A stretch of 64,000 nt of DNA from Deltaproteobacteria bacterium (GCA_003599195.1 QZIZ01000075.1:7705-71704), one strand, 5' to 3'; counted from the first letter of the stretch, positions 47,333-56,976 are shown. Made by a program: numbers and translations. Notes: generated from the sequence alone by a model not told the origin.

Positions 47333-47403
47333 GGTTTTCGGTTTCCGGTTTTCGGTTTTCGGCAAAATGAAAACCGGAAACCGAAAACTAAAAACTAAAA
47401 ACG
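47333..47403. repeat. Inverted heptamer arrays forming a long hairpin between fliR and flhB
   Basis: GGTTTTC GGTTTCC GGTTTTC GGTTTTC gg-caaaat-GAAAACC GGAAACC GAAAACT AAAAACT AAAAACG. Confidence 0.9.
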
Positions 47404-47412
47404 GTCTCTAAA

Positions 47413-48489
47413 ATGGCGGAAGACTACCAGGACAAAACCGAACAACCTACCCCAAAACGACGGGATGAGGCCCGGAAAAAGGGGAAGGTGGCCAAGAGCC
47501 GGGACCTGTCCGGGGCCGTGGTGCTCCTCACCGCCCTGCTGTGCCTGATCCTCTGGGGGCCGGTCCTGGGGCGGAAGACCCTGGAAATGCTGCAGTTATA
47601 TCTGGGGCAAATCCGCCCGGGGATGGTGGGTCCCAACCAGGTGGCCCCTTTATTCGTGGGTTTCGGCCTCACCCTGGCCGGACTGCTGACCCCCATTTTC
47701 CTGAGCCTTTCCGCGGCCGCCATCTTGGGGACTTACGCCCAGGTGGGCAAGATCTACTCCACCGAACGCATCACCCCTGACCTGAGCCGGCTCCAATTCT
47801 TCCAGGGATTCAAGCGCTTCTTTTCCCTGAACACCCTGGTGGAGCTGCTGAAATCCCTGGCCAAGATCGCCGTCATCGGCCTGGTGGCCTTTTATTCAGT
47901 AAAGTCGGAGCTCCCCACGCTGCTGCCCCTGGTAGACCAGGAGGTGGGCCAGGTGCTGCTCCATCTCACAGGCACCGCCTTCCGGGTCTCCGCCCGCATT
48001 ATCATCGCCTTGCTGGTCCTCGGAGCCTTTGATTATCTCTATCAGCGTTACGAGTTCGAAAAGAACCTGAAGATGACCAAGCAGGAAGTCAAGGACGAGA
48101 TGCGCCAGGTGGAAGGCGATCCCAAGGTCAAGGCCCGCATCAAGAGCATCATGCGGCAGATGGCCAACAAACGCATGATGGCCGCGGTGCCTGAAGCCGA
48201 CGTGGTGATCACCAACCCCACCCACTTTGCGGTGGCTCTGAAATACGACAGCGCCACCATGATGGCCCCCGAGGTGGTGGCCAAGGGCCGGGGCTTCATC
48301 GCCTTGAAGATCATCGCCATTGCCCAGGAAGCGGGCGTCCCCAGGGTGGAGAACCGGGAGCTGGCCCGCGCCCTCTACCGCAAGGTGGAAGTGGGCAAGT
48401 CCATTCCCACCTCCCTGTACCGGGCCGTGGCCGAAGTCCTGGCTTATATCTACCGGTTGCGGGGCGCGGCTGCGGGAGGCGCTAGATGA
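47413..48489 (+). CDS. flhB: Flagellar export switch protein FlhB
   Basis: KTEQPTPKRRDEARKKGKVAKSRDL N-terminus and NPTH autocleavage site (VITNPTHFAVAL). Confidence 0.93.
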   Translation: MAEDYQDKTEQPTPKRRDEARKKGKVAKSRDLSGAVVLLTALLCLILWGPVLGRKTLEMLQLYLGQIRPGMVGPNQVAPLFVGFGLTLAGLLTPIFLSLSAAAILGTYAQVGKIYSTERITPDLSRLQFFQGFKRFFSLNTLVELLKSLAKIAVIGLVAFYSVKSELPTLLPLVDQEVGQVLLHLTGTAFRVSARIIIALLVLGAFDYLYQRYEFEKNLKMTKQEVKDEMRQVEGDPKVKARIKSIMRQMANKRMMAAVPEADVVITNPTHFAVALKYDSATMMAPEVVAKGRGFIALKIIAIAQEAGVPRVENRELARALYRKVEVGKSIPTSLYRAVAEVLAYIYRLRGAAAGGAR

Positions 48490-50591
48490 CCACCCTGCCC
48501 CTGGCCTCCAAACCTTCGGTGATGAAAGGTTTCGGCATCCATAAGGGCGAACTCTTCGTGGCCCTGGGGGTGATCACCATCCTCCTGGTCATGGTCTTCC
48601 CCCTGCCGCCCATCGTTTTAGACCTGCTGCTGAGCTTCAACATCACCTTTTCTTTGATGATCCTGCTGCTGTCTCTGTACACCATCCGGCCCATCGAGTT
48701 TTTTATCTTTCCGTCTTTGCTTTTGATCACCACCCTGTTCAGGCTCTCCTTGAACGTGGCTTCCACCCGCCTGATCCTCCTGCACGGTTATGAAGGCATG
48801 GAGGCCGCGGGCCGGGTTATCCGCTCCTTCGGCAGTTTCGTGGTGGGCGGCAACTACGTGGTGGGCGGCATCATCTTTCTGATTTTAGTGGTCATCAACT
48901 TCATCGTTATCATCAAGGGTTCCACCCGGATCGCCGAAGTCGCAGCCCGCTTCACCTTGGACGCCATGCCCGGCAAACAGATGGCCGTTGACGCGGACCT
49001 CAACGCCGGCTACATCGACGAGATGGAGGCCCGGAAGCGCCGGGCCGCCCTGGCCCGGGAAGGGGAATTCTACGGGGCCATGGACGGCGCGTCCAAGTTC
49101 GTCCGGGGGGAAGCCATGGCCGGAATTCTGATCATGGCCATCAACCTCCTGGGCGGCCTGATCATCGGTGTGGCCCAGCACGACATGACCATCGGTGATG
49201 CGGCCCAGACCTTCTCCCTGCTGACCATCGGTGAAGGCCTGGTGGGCCAGATCCCCGCGCTCCTGGTGTCCACGGCCGCCGGCCTGATCGTCAGTAAGGC
49301 CGCGTCCGAAGCCTCCATAGGCGAGGAATATGCGACCCAGTTCACCCTGAAACCCCAGGCCATGAGCGTGGCCGCTGGCATTATTCTCCTCATCGGCCTG
49401 GTGCCGGGCCTGCCCCATGTCCCCTTCATCGCCTTGGCCATGCTCACCGGCGGCTTGGCTTACGTGGCTCGAAACGCCAAACAAAAGGCGGAAGCCGCGG
49501 AAATCGAAGCCAAGAAAGCGCCCCCCAAGCCCAAAGGACCGGAGCCCATGGAGAACCTCCTGGCCCTGGACCTTCTGGAGCTGGAAGCGGGCTACGGCCT
49601 CATCCCCCTGGTGGACGAAGAACAGGACGGGGAACTGCTGGAGCGCATCCGGGCCTTGAGAAGGCAATTCGCCGTGGAGATGGGGGTGATCGTGCCTCCC
49701 ATTCACATTCGGGATAACCTGCAACTCAAGCCCGGCGGCTACGTGATTCTCATCAAGGGGGTGGAAGTGGCCCGCGCGGAGCTGATGGTGGGTTATCATC
49801 TGGCCCTGCATCCCGGAGACGCCCTGCGCCAGATCGAGGGCATTCCCACCCGGGAGCCTACTTTCAATCTCCCCGCGCTCTGGATTCCGGCCAACAAAAA
49901 GGAAGAGGCCCAACACCTGGGATATACCGTGGTCAATCTGGCGTCGGTCATCGCCACCCACCTCTCCGAGGTGATCCGCACCCACTGCCACGAACTCCTG
50001 GGCCGCCAGGACGTACAAAAACTCCTGGACCGCCTGGGATCATCCAACCCCAAGGTGATAGAAGAACTGGTGCCCGGCCTCCTTTCCCTGGGGGGCATCC
50101 AAAAAGTCCTCCAGAACCTGGTTCAGGAAAGGGTCTCGGTGCGCGACCTCCTCACCATCCTGGAGACCCTGGCGGACTATGCGCCTTTCACCAAGGACCC
50201 GGACATCCTCACGGAATACGTGCGCCAGCGCCTGGGCCGGGCCCTGACCAAACCCCTGGAGTCCCCGGATAATAAAATCATGGTCTATTCCCTGGACCCC
50301 TTTATCGAGGACCTGGTGAAAGACAGCCTGCAAAAAACGGATTACGGCGTCTTTCTGGCCATGGCCCCGGAAACCGCCCAGGAAATTATTAATGCCCTCC
50401 AGGGGGCTGTGGATAAGGCTACGGCACAGAACGTGCAGCCGATAATAGTATGTTCTCCCGGAGTGCGGCGGCATCTCCGCCGCCTGGTGGAAAGGCATCT
50501 GCCCACCTTACGGGTGCTGTCCCATCACGAACTGGTAACGGAAGCCAAGATTCAATCCTTAGGGGTTGTGGGTTTAGGCCATGAAGCTTAA
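48486..50591 (+). CDS. flhA: Flagellar export gate protein FlhA
   Basis: FHIPEP-family motifs (EVAARFTLDAMPGKQMAVDADLNAG, GAMDGASKFVRGEA). Overlaps the flhB stop by 4 nt. Confidence 0.95.
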   Translation: MTTLPLASKPSVMKGFGIHKGELFVALGVITILLVMVFPLPPIVLDLLLSFNITFSLMILLLSLYTIRPIEFFIFPSLLLITTLFRLSLNVASTRLILLHGYEGMEAAGRVIRSFGSFVVGGNYVVGGIIFLILVVINFIVIIKGSTRIAEVAARFTLDAMPGKQMAVDADLNAGYIDEMEARKRRAALAREGEFYGAMDGASKFVRGEAMAGILIMAINLLGGLIIGVAQHDMTIGDAAQTFSLLTIGEGLVGQIPALLVSTAAGLIVSKAASEASIGEEYATQFTLKPQAMSVAAGIILLIGLVPGLPHVPFIALAMLTGGLAYVARNAKQKAEAAEIEAKKAPPKPKGPEPMENLLALDLLELEAGYGLIPLVDEEQDGELLERIRALRRQFAVEMGVIVPPIHIRDNLQLKPGGYVILIKGVEVARAELMVGYHLALHPGDALRQIEGIPTREPTFNLPALWIPANKKEEAQHLGYTVVNLASVIATHLSEVIRTHCHELLGRQDVQKLLDRLGSSNPKVIEELVPGLLSLGGIQKVLQNLVQERVSVRDLLTILETLADYAPFTKDPDILTEYVRQRLGRALTKPLESPDNKIMVYSLDPFIEDLVKDSLQKTDYGVFLAMAPETAQEIINALQGAVDKATAQNVQPIIVCSPGVRRHLRRLVERHLPTLRVLSHHELVTEAKIQSLGVVGLGHEA

Positions 50592-51720
50592 AAAATTTTT
50601 AGCCCGAGACCTGAAGGAAGCCCTGTCTCAAGTAAAGAAGGAGATGGGGCCGGAAGCCGTGATTCTCTCCACCCAGTCCCGGTGGGTCAAAAACGATCAC
50701 CGCGGGAAGGGACGCCACCCCGGCGTGGAGGTGACTGCCGCCGTGGATGTCAGCGCCTTCCCCGGCCATAACGGCAACGGTAATGGCAATGGCAATGGAG
50801 AAGAGGAACTCCGGGGGGATTGGTTTCCGCCCTTCCGGACACCCGTCAGCCAGATTCAGGAGGATTTGGAAGAGGTCAAAGATCTGCTGCGCCATTGGAT
50901 GCGGGAAAACGGCACCCCCGCCTGGCTGGGGCAGCACAAGGAACTGGCCACCTTCTACCGTTTTCTCGGCCGCACCGGCCTTGATGAGCGGATTCTCCAG
51001 CGGTGGCTGGATAACGTGCAAAACCTGTTGGAGCAATCCGGCGACCAGCCTCTCACCTTGAAAGAGGTGGCCGGCCGCTATCTGATGCACGCCTTTGAAG
51101 TGGTGGACCCTTGGAAGGCCAAAGCCGGCCGGCCCCGCTACTGGACCTTCATCGGCCCCACCGGGGTGGGCAAAACCACCACCATCGCCAAACTGGCGGC
51201 CAAGTTCGGTCTTTACGAAAAGCAAAAGGTCGGCCTGATCTCTCTCGACAGCCAGAGATTGGGGGCCCACAACCAACTGGCCGCCTACGGCCGCCTGGCC
51301 GGGCAGCCCCTGATGACGGCGCACCGGCGCCATGACTTGCTGGAAGCCCTGGAGAAGATGGGGGACATGGACCTGGTGTTGATCGACACCGCGGGCCGCA
51401 GCCCCTATGCCCCCGGCCTCCAAAAGGAATTGACCCTTCTTTTGGGCGATATTCCGGACCTGGAACACCACCTGGTGTTGAGCGCCACCACCAAGGAGTC
51501 CAATCTTACCAACGCCATCAGCGGCTTTGGGGTGTTGCCCATCTCCTCATACATCATTACCAAAGTGGATGAGACCAACGACTTTTCCGGAATCTTCAAC
51601 CAGCTCTGCCGCCACCGGGTGCCGGTGTCCTATTTAACCGGGGGCCAACGGGTGCCCGAGGACATCGAACTTTCTTCCCGCAGACGAGTTACGGAACTGT
51701 TGCTGCGGCGGCGCCATTAA
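50581..51720 (+). CDS. flhF: Flagellar SRP-type GTPase FlhF
   Basis: GPTGVGKTTTIAKLA, DTAGRS and TKVDE G-motifs. The N-terminal region contains an (Asn-Gly)5 run. Confidence 0.9.
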   Translation: MKLKKFLARDLKEALSQVKKEMGPEAVILSTQSRWVKNDHRGKGRHPGVEVTAAVDVSAFPGHNGNGNGNGNGEEELRGDWFPPFRTPVSQIQEDLEEVKDLLRHWMRENGTPAWLGQHKELATFYRFLGRTGLDERILQRWLDNVQNLLEQSGDQPLTLKEVAGRYLMHAFEVVDPWKAKAGRPRYWTFIGPTGVGKTTTIAKLAAKFGLYEKQKVGLISLDSQRLGAHNQLAAYGRLAGQPLMTAHRRHDLLEALEKMGDMDLVLIDTAGRSPYAPGLQKELTLLLGDIPDLEHHLVLSATTKESNLTNAISGFGVLPISSYIITKVDETNDFSGIFNQLCRHRVPVSYLTGGQRVPEDIELSSRRRVTELLLRRRH

Positions 51721-51749
51721 CCGAGATGTTTAACTAGTTGGGAGTACGC

Positions 51750-52628
51750 ATGAAACCGACCACAATGCTGCAAGAAATGGAAGGGCCGGCCCGGAAACTG
51801 GCCACACCGTCTGCGCCGCACTTAAGGGTGATTTCCGTAACCTCCGGTAAAGGCGGGGTGGGGAAGTCCAACGTGGTGGCCAACCTGGGACTGGCCCTGG
51901 CGCACCAGGGCCTCAAGGTCCTCCTCATCGACGCCGACCTGGGTCTGGCCAACCTGGATATCATTCTGGGCCTGAACCCCAAGTTCACCATTCACGACGT
52001 GCTGCAGCTCCGCAAGACCCTGCCGGAAGTCCTGGTGGAAGGCCCGGGGGGCATGAAGATCCTGCCCGCGTCTTCCGGCATCCCGGAGCTTTCCGAACTC
52101 GACGAATACCAGAAGATGTTCCTGTTAAACGAGCTGGACAACTACTCCGAGAGCGTCGACATGGTGTTGATCGACACCGGCGCAGGCATCTCCCGGAACG
52201 TGCTCTTCTTCAACATCGCCGCCCAGGAGCGGCTGGTAGTGGCCAATAACGAGCCCACATCCATCACCGACGCCTACGCCCTGATCAAGGTCCTGGCCAC
52301 CCAACACAATGAGCGGCGGTTTAAACTGCTGGTGAACGGCCTCTCCCAACCCCGGGAGGCGGAAGCGGTGTACCGCACCCTGCTGAAGGTGTCGGAACGG
52401 TTCCTGGGCCGGGATATTTCCCTGGAATATCTGGGGTTTATTCCTCACGACGAGTCCATACCCAAGTCAGTCCTGAAACAACAACCGGTGTTAACCCTGT
52501 ATCCCAAATCCCGGGCATCCAGGTCTTTTGTGCAGATCGCTCAGCAACTTTGGGACACTCCCGCCCCTGAAGAGGTGGACGGCAACATCAAATTCTTTTG
52601 GCGGCGCCTGCTCCAATACCAGATCTAG
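51750..52628 (+). CDS. flhG: MinD/ParA-type flagellar number regulator FlhG (FleN/YlxH)
   Basis: Deviant Walker A SGKGGVGKSNV, position after flhF. Confidence 0.88.
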   Translation: MKPTTMLQEMEGPARKLATPSAPHLRVISVTSGKGGVGKSNVVANLGLALAHQGLKVLLIDADLGLANLDIILGLNPKFTIHDVLQLRKTLPEVLVEGPGGMKILPASSGIPELSELDEYQKMFLLNELDNYSESVDMVLIDTGAGISRNVLFFNIAAQERLVVANNEPTSITDAYALIKVLATQHNERRFKLLVNGLSQPREAEAVYRTLLKVSERFLGRDISLEYLGFIPHDESIPKSVLKQQPVLTLYPKSRASRSFVQIAQQLWDTPAPEEVDGNIKFFWRRLLQYQI

Positions 52629-52660
52629 ACCGCGCCGTGAAAGAAATAGAGAACGACGAC

Positions 52661-53458
52661 ATGAAGAAGCAAGCTTTAGCCCACGACACCTTCGCCACGC
52701 CCGGGGAATATTGGCCTGCGCAAGTGGACGATTCCTGGCAGGAGCAAATGGTGCTGCAATATGCGCCATTGATTAAGTATATCGCCTCCCGCCTGGCCCT
52801 GCGCCTGCCCTCCCATATTTCTCTGGACGACCTGATCAGTTCCGGGATCATCGGTTTGATAGATGCAATACATAAATTCGATCCCAGCAAAAATATCAGC
52901 TTCAAGACCTACGCGGAATTCCGCATCAAAGGGGCCATCCTGGACGAACTCCGCAGCCTGGACTGGATACCTAGATCAGTGCGGAAGAAAACCCATCTTA
53001 TCGAGAATGCTTACGCGGAATTGCAAAAAACCCTGGGCCGCCCTGCGGAGCCGGAAGAGGTGGCCGAAGCCCTCGGGTTGCAGATGGATGAATTCTACCA
53101 GCTCCTGGATGAGACTAAATCCGTGTCCCTGGTGGAGCTGGAAGGGGTGTGGAAGACCATCAGCGCCAATGCTGACGTGGCCGACAGCGACGTGCCGGAG
53201 ATTCTCCAGGACGAGAACGTGCGGGACCCGTACATGGCCCTGCATTTTTCCCAACTCCAGGAAGTCATGGTGCGGGGCATCGAGGCCCTGCCCGATAAGG
53301 AAAAACTGCTGATTTCCTTGTATTATTACGAAGAACTGACCATGAAGGAAATCGGCCAGATCATGGGTTATACCGAGTCCCGCATCTCCCAGCTGCATAC
53401 CCAGGCCATGTTGCGCCTGCGGGGCAAGCTGCGGGAACATTTTAACCCGGGAGGTTGA
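52661..53458 (+). CDS. fliA: Flagellar sigma factor FliA (sigma-28)
   Basis: Region 2 (LISSGIIGLIDAIHKFDPSKNISFKTYAEFRIKGAILDELR) and region 4 HTH (LTMKEIGQIMGYTESRISQLHTQAMLRLR). Confidence 0.9.
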   Translation: MKKQALAHDTFATPGEYWPAQVDDSWQEQMVLQYAPLIKYIASRLALRLPSHISLDDLISSGIIGLIDAIHKFDPSKNISFKTYAEFRIKGAILDELRSLDWIPRSVRKKTHLIENAYAELQKTLGRPAEPEEVAEALGLQMDEFYQLLDETKSVSLVELEGVWKTISANADVADSDVPEILQDENVRDPYMALHFSQLQEVMVRGIEALPDKEKLLISLYYYEELTMKEIGQIMGYTESRISQLHTQAMLRLRGKLREHFNPGG

Positions 53459-53463
53459 AGAAC

Positions 53464-53946
53464 ATGACCGGCCGCGGGTCCTCACTGCTGCCTTTCCGGT
53501 TTTTCATTCTCTTCCTGGCCCTGGCGCTGGCGACAGGCGCCGGAGCCGCGCCGGCTTATGCCAACAGCTTTGAAAAAACCTTTTCCGAGCCTGGTCCGGC
53601 CCTGGAGGGAAAAATCCGGGAAAAGGTTGAGAAACCCGCAGAACCCGCTACGGCCATTACCTTGGACCCCTTCTTTTTGATCGTGGAGGATGCATCCAGG
53701 GTGCAGGTGCAGCGGGTGCTGGTGGCCCTGGAATTTCTGCAGCCGGACCTGCTGAAAAAATTTGACCCCCAGGCCCCGGGCCTGCGGGAACTGGTCTATG
53801 ATTTTCTGGTGGCCAAGGAGCCGGGGCGTCCGGCCAGAGAAAGGAAAGAGCAGGAACAGCTGCTGGCCGGACTGCTAAACCGCTACCTGGGGCAGGAAGC
53901 GGTCAACGCCGTTAAGGTGGACCAAAGCTTCCTCTTGCTCCGTTAA
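53464..53946 (+). CDS. FliL-like secreted/anchored protein (second, divergent FliL-family paralog)
   Basis: Signal/anchor segment, then ITLDPFFLIVEDASRVQVQRVLVALEF...GLRELVYDFL...LLAGLLNRYLGQEAVNAVKVDQSFLL, which parallels the FliL core pattern seen in 43163-43648. Confidence 0.45.
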   Translation: MTGRGSSLLPFRFFILFLALALATGAGAAPAYANSFEKTFSEPGPALEGKIREKVEKPAEPATAITLDPFFLIVEDASRVQVQRVLVALEFLQPDLLKKFDPQAPGLRELVYDFLVAKEPGRPARERKEQEQLLAGLLNRYLGQEAVNAVKVDQSFLLLR

Positions 53947-53959
53947 GGGAGGGAAGACC

Positions 53960-54172
53960 GTGGATGGCATCGATTCCCACGCAAAGATTCCCATCATTCC
54001 CCGGGATCAGACCCTGATCAGCGAAAAACTCCGGGATAAAGGCGGCCAGGGGGCCAGGCCCCAGTATTACGCGCAGAAACCGGCCGTCCCTGAGCCTCCC
54101 GTGGAAGAGGAAGAAACCCCGGCTCCGGAAGAACCCGGCAAGCCGAAACGTCTCATCGACATCAAAGTCTGA
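53960..54172 (+). CDS. Hypothetical Pro/Glu-rich small protein
   Basis: GTG-start ORF in operon context only. Confidence 0.3.
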   Translation: MDGIDSHAKIPIIPRDQTLISEKLRDKGGQGARPQYYAQKPAVPEPPVEEEETPAPEEPGKPKRLIDIKV

Positions 54173-54187
54173 GAACCGGAGAAGCAC

Positions 54188-54643
54188 GTGTCCCTGCAAA
54201 CCCTGGAATATTGGGTCCTGGCGCAGATGGTCCTGGAATTGGGACTCATCGCCCTGGTGGCGTTTTTTCTGCTGAAAATCAGGTCCTGGTACCGCCGGAT
54301 CCTGGCCCTGGAGACAGAACGGCCTTCCCGGGAGGAGATGGCCAAGATGGCGGAATTGGCAGGGACCCTGGATGAGAAACGCCGGCATCTGGAAGAACTG
54401 CTCACCCTGATGGACCAGAAAGCCACGGCCCTTAAGTCGCAATTAGCCCGGTCCGGCGCCGGCTCCAAGGCCTATGCGCCCGCGGATTCCCCCTCCCCCT
54501 GGGAGTCCGGCGAATCCCTGCGCTCCCAGGTGGAGAACCTCTACCGCCAGGGCTGCTCCACCGAAGAAATTGCCCGCCGCCTGCAACTCAACCTGGCGGA
54601 GGTGAAGATGGCCCTGGATCTGTCACGAGCCAGGCCGCGGTGA
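54188..54643 (+). CDS. Membrane-anchored protein with C-terminal HTH-like tail (DUF2802-like, flagellar-cluster associated)
   Basis: N-terminal TM (VLAQMVLELGLIALVAFFLL), coiled middle, C-terminal LYRQGCSTEEIARRLQLNLAEVKMALDL. Confidence 0.45.
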   Translation: MSLQTLEYWVLAQMVLELGLIALVAFFLLKIRSWYRRILALETERPSREEMAKMAELAGTLDEKRRHLEELLTLMDQKATALKSQLARSGAGSKAYAPADSPSPWESGESLRSQVENLYRQGCSTEEIARRLQLNLAEVKMALDLSRARPR

Positions 54644-54647
54644 GGCA

Positions 54648-54696
54648 GTTTTTAGTTTTTAGTTTTTAGTTCGAAGAAGTCTAGGGTCTTCAGTCT
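54648..54696. repeat. Heptamer tandem array (GTTTTTA x3 drifting to NNAGTCT) 5 nt after the operon's last stop codon
   Basis: GTTTTTA GTTTTTA GTTTTTA GTTCGAA GAAGTCT AGGGTCT TCAGTCT. Confidence 0.9.
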
Positions 54697-54875
54697 TCTA
54701 TCATAAATACGCCCTCCTTCGGCCTGCATTCCTCTCTTTTTCCCGGAAAGTTATCCTTGCACCCAGCCCGCCATTAATAATATGGTGATGTGATAGGCGA
54801 AGCCGGAAAGTCATGGGTGTGGGGATTCCTCTACCTGGACGTTATACACGATTGTCGAAAGTTTCTTCCTCTTAT

Positions 54876-54918
54876 TCCCTCTCCCCCCAGGGGGGGAGAG
54901 GGTTAGGGTGGGGGGGGG
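54876..54918. repeat. CCCTCTCCC-type hairpin element copy
   Basis: TTCCCTCTCCCCCCAGGGGGGGAGAGGGTTAGGGTGGGGGGGG. Confidence 0.85.
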
Positions 54919-54979
54919 TCGGAAAAAACTTTTGGCAACAAATACCAATCATGATCCAATCTTATCGATATTTTCATAA

Positions 54980-55014
54980 CTTGGAACCTGGAACCTGGAA
55001 CTTGGAACTTTCTA
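54980..55014. repeat. Heptamer tandem array (CYTGGAA, 4-5 units) upstream of ade
   Basis: CTTGGAA CCTGGAA CCTGGAA CTTGGAA CTTTCTA. Confidence 0.9.
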
Positions 55015-55035
55015 AATCTGAGGTCAGCGTCAACC

Positions 55036-56754
55036 ATGGATATCAACAAATGGCAACAGCGCCTTAAAGCCGCGCGGGGCGAAATCCCCGCGGACCTGGT
55101 GCTCACCGGCGGGCAGGTGGCCTGCGTCTATTCCGGGCAGTGGCTTAAAAAAGACGTGGCCGTATTTGACGGCGTCATCATCGGCCTGGGGGATTACTCC
55201 GGCCCCCGCGTCGACATTTCCGGCCGCTATCTCCTGCCGGGCCTGATCGACGGCCATCTGCATCTCGAAAGCAGCATGCTCACCCCCCGGGAACTGGCCC
55301 GGGCCCTGCTGCCCCTGGGCGCCACCACGGTGGTGGCCGACCCCCATGAAATCGCCAATGTCTTGGGGGCCAAAGGGTTGGATTATATCCTGGCCGCAAG
55401 CGACGGCCTGCCTCTGGACCTCTTCTTCATGCTCCCTTCCTGCGTCCCCGCTTCGCCCCTGGAGACCGCAGGCGCGGCGCTGGAAGCTGCGGATCTTAAA
55501 CCTTACATAAACCATCCCCGGGTCCTAGGCCTGGCGGAAGTGATGAATTTCCCGGGAGTGGTGTCCGGGGACCCGGGCCTGTTGGAGATGATCGCCCTCT
55601 TTCCCCAGCGGGCGGTGGACGGCCATGCTCCCCTGCTGTCCGGCAAGGACCTGAACGCCTACCGCCTGGCGGGCGTCAATTCCGATCATGAATGCACCAA
55701 TGCCCCGGAAGCATTGGAAAAATTGGAGATGGGCTTTTACGTCCAGGTCCGGGAAGGCAGCCTGGCCAAAAATTTGGCGGACCTGTTGCCGGTAGTGACA
55801 CCCGCCTCGATCCGGCGCACCATGCTGGTTACCGACGATTGCCACCCCGCGGACCTGTTGGAAAACGGCCACCTCAACCATCTCCTGCGCCTGGCGGTGT
55901 CCCGGGGTCTGGACCCCCTGGCCGCCGTCACCATGGCCACCCTCAACCCCGCGGAATACTTCGGACTGAAGGACCGGGGCGCGATCGCGCCGGGTTTGGC
56001 CGCGGACCTGGTGATAGTAAAAGACCTCAAAGAATTCCGCGTCGACAAGGTTCTGAAAAACGGCAAAATTGTGGTGGATGGCGGCCGCCTGACCGCTGAA
56101 CCGGTGATCCCCCCCTACCCTGCCCCTCCTCCGGCCATGAACGTCAAGATGCCGGGAGCGGACGCCCTTTTTCCCATCGCCACCGACGATATGGTCAAAG
56201 TCATCGGTCTCATCCCCGGCCAATTGCTCACGGAAAAACGGATTTTGCCCGCGCCGCTCCATAACGGCCGCCTGGCCGCGGACCCGGCCCGGGATCTTTT
56301 GAAACTGGCGGTCCTGGAGCGCCACCGCGCCACCGGCAACCTGGGACTCGCCCTGGTCCAGGGCTTCGGCCTAAAACAGGGCGCCCTGGCCTCCACCGTG
56401 GCCCATGATTCCCACAACATCGTGGCGGTGGGGGCCGATGAAACGGACATGCTCCTGGCCATGGAGCATCTGGTGAAACTTAAGGGCGGCCTGGCCGTGG
56501 CCGCCGGCGGCCGGGTGCTGGCGGACCTGGCGCTCCCCATCGCCGGTCTCATCAGCCCCGAGCCCCTGGAGGCCGTGGCCGCGGCCTACGGCCGCCTCCT
56601 GGAAGCCTACCGCCAACTGGGAGGAGGGCTCCCCGACCCCTTCATGGCCCTCTCCTTTTTGGCCCTGCCGGTAATCCCGGCTTTAAAACTGACGGACCTG
56701 GGGCTGGTGGACGTGAATAAGTTTGAGGTGGTGCCGCTTTTCGGGGAAGATTAG
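55036..56754 (+). CDS. ade: Adenine deaminase
   Basis: PGLIDGHLHLESSML metal-binding motif and full-length Ade layout (VVADPHEIANV, DGHAP, SDHE, THDSHNIV). Confidence 0.9.
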   Translation: MDINKWQQRLKAARGEIPADLVLTGGQVACVYSGQWLKKDVAVFDGVIIGLGDYSGPRVDISGRYLLPGLIDGHLHLESSMLTPRELARALLPLGATTVVADPHEIANVLGAKGLDYILAASDGLPLDLFFMLPSCVPASPLETAGAALEAADLKPYINHPRVLGLAEVMNFPGVVSGDPGLLEMIALFPQRAVDGHAPLLSGKDLNAYRLAGVNSDHECTNAPEALEKLEMGFYVQVREGSLAKNLADLLPVVTPASIRRTMLVTDDCHPADLLENGHLNHLLRLAVSRGLDPLAAVTMATLNPAEYFGLKDRGAIAPGLAADLVIVKDLKEFRVDKVLKNGKIVVDGGRLTAEPVIPPYPAPPPAMNVKMPGADALFPIATDDMVKVIGLIPGQLLTEKRILPAPLHNGRLAADPARDLLKLAVLERHRATGNLGLALVQGFGLKQGALASTVAHDSHNIVAVGADETDMLLAMEHLVKLKGGLAVAAGGRVLADLALPIAGLISPEPLEAVAAAYGRLLEAYRQLGGGLPDPFMALSFLALPVIPALKLTDLGLVDVNKFEVVPLFGED

Positions 56755-56976
56755 TTCAAAGTTCAAGGTTCAAGGTTCAAGGTTCAAGGTTCAAGGTTCA
56801 AGGTTCAAGGTCATGAAGCTTTAACCTTGAACTTTGATGGCACTGTAAAAAGTCAGAAAATTGCCGATTTTTTGAAATTGCTATTAATAAAATCAGCCAC
56901 TTAAAATATGATCCTGGAAATTTCCGACTTTTTACCAGGGCATCAACTTTGAACCTTGAACCTTGAACTCTTAACT
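56753..56976. repeat. Nested inverted-repeat region: (RGTTCAA)x8 array, inner inverted repeat, then (TTGAACY)x3-4 array
   Basis: 56753-56808 AGTTCAA x2 plus GGTTCAA x6. 56821-56837 TTAACCTTGAACTTTGA. Inner inverted repeat TGTAAAAAGTCAGAAAATT (about 56845) versus GGAAATTTCCGACTTTTTACC (about 56916). 56943-56976 TTGAACC TTGAACC TTGAACT CTTAACT. Confidence 0.9.

Noticed and set aside
46527-51471. Several long minus-strand and alternative-frame ORFs (46527-47321, 46631-47398, 48885-50018, 50599-51471 and others)
   Set aside because: They are antisense to, or out of frame with, fliR, flhA and flhF, which carry canonical motifs. Their composition is low-complexity His/Gly/Arg/Gln.
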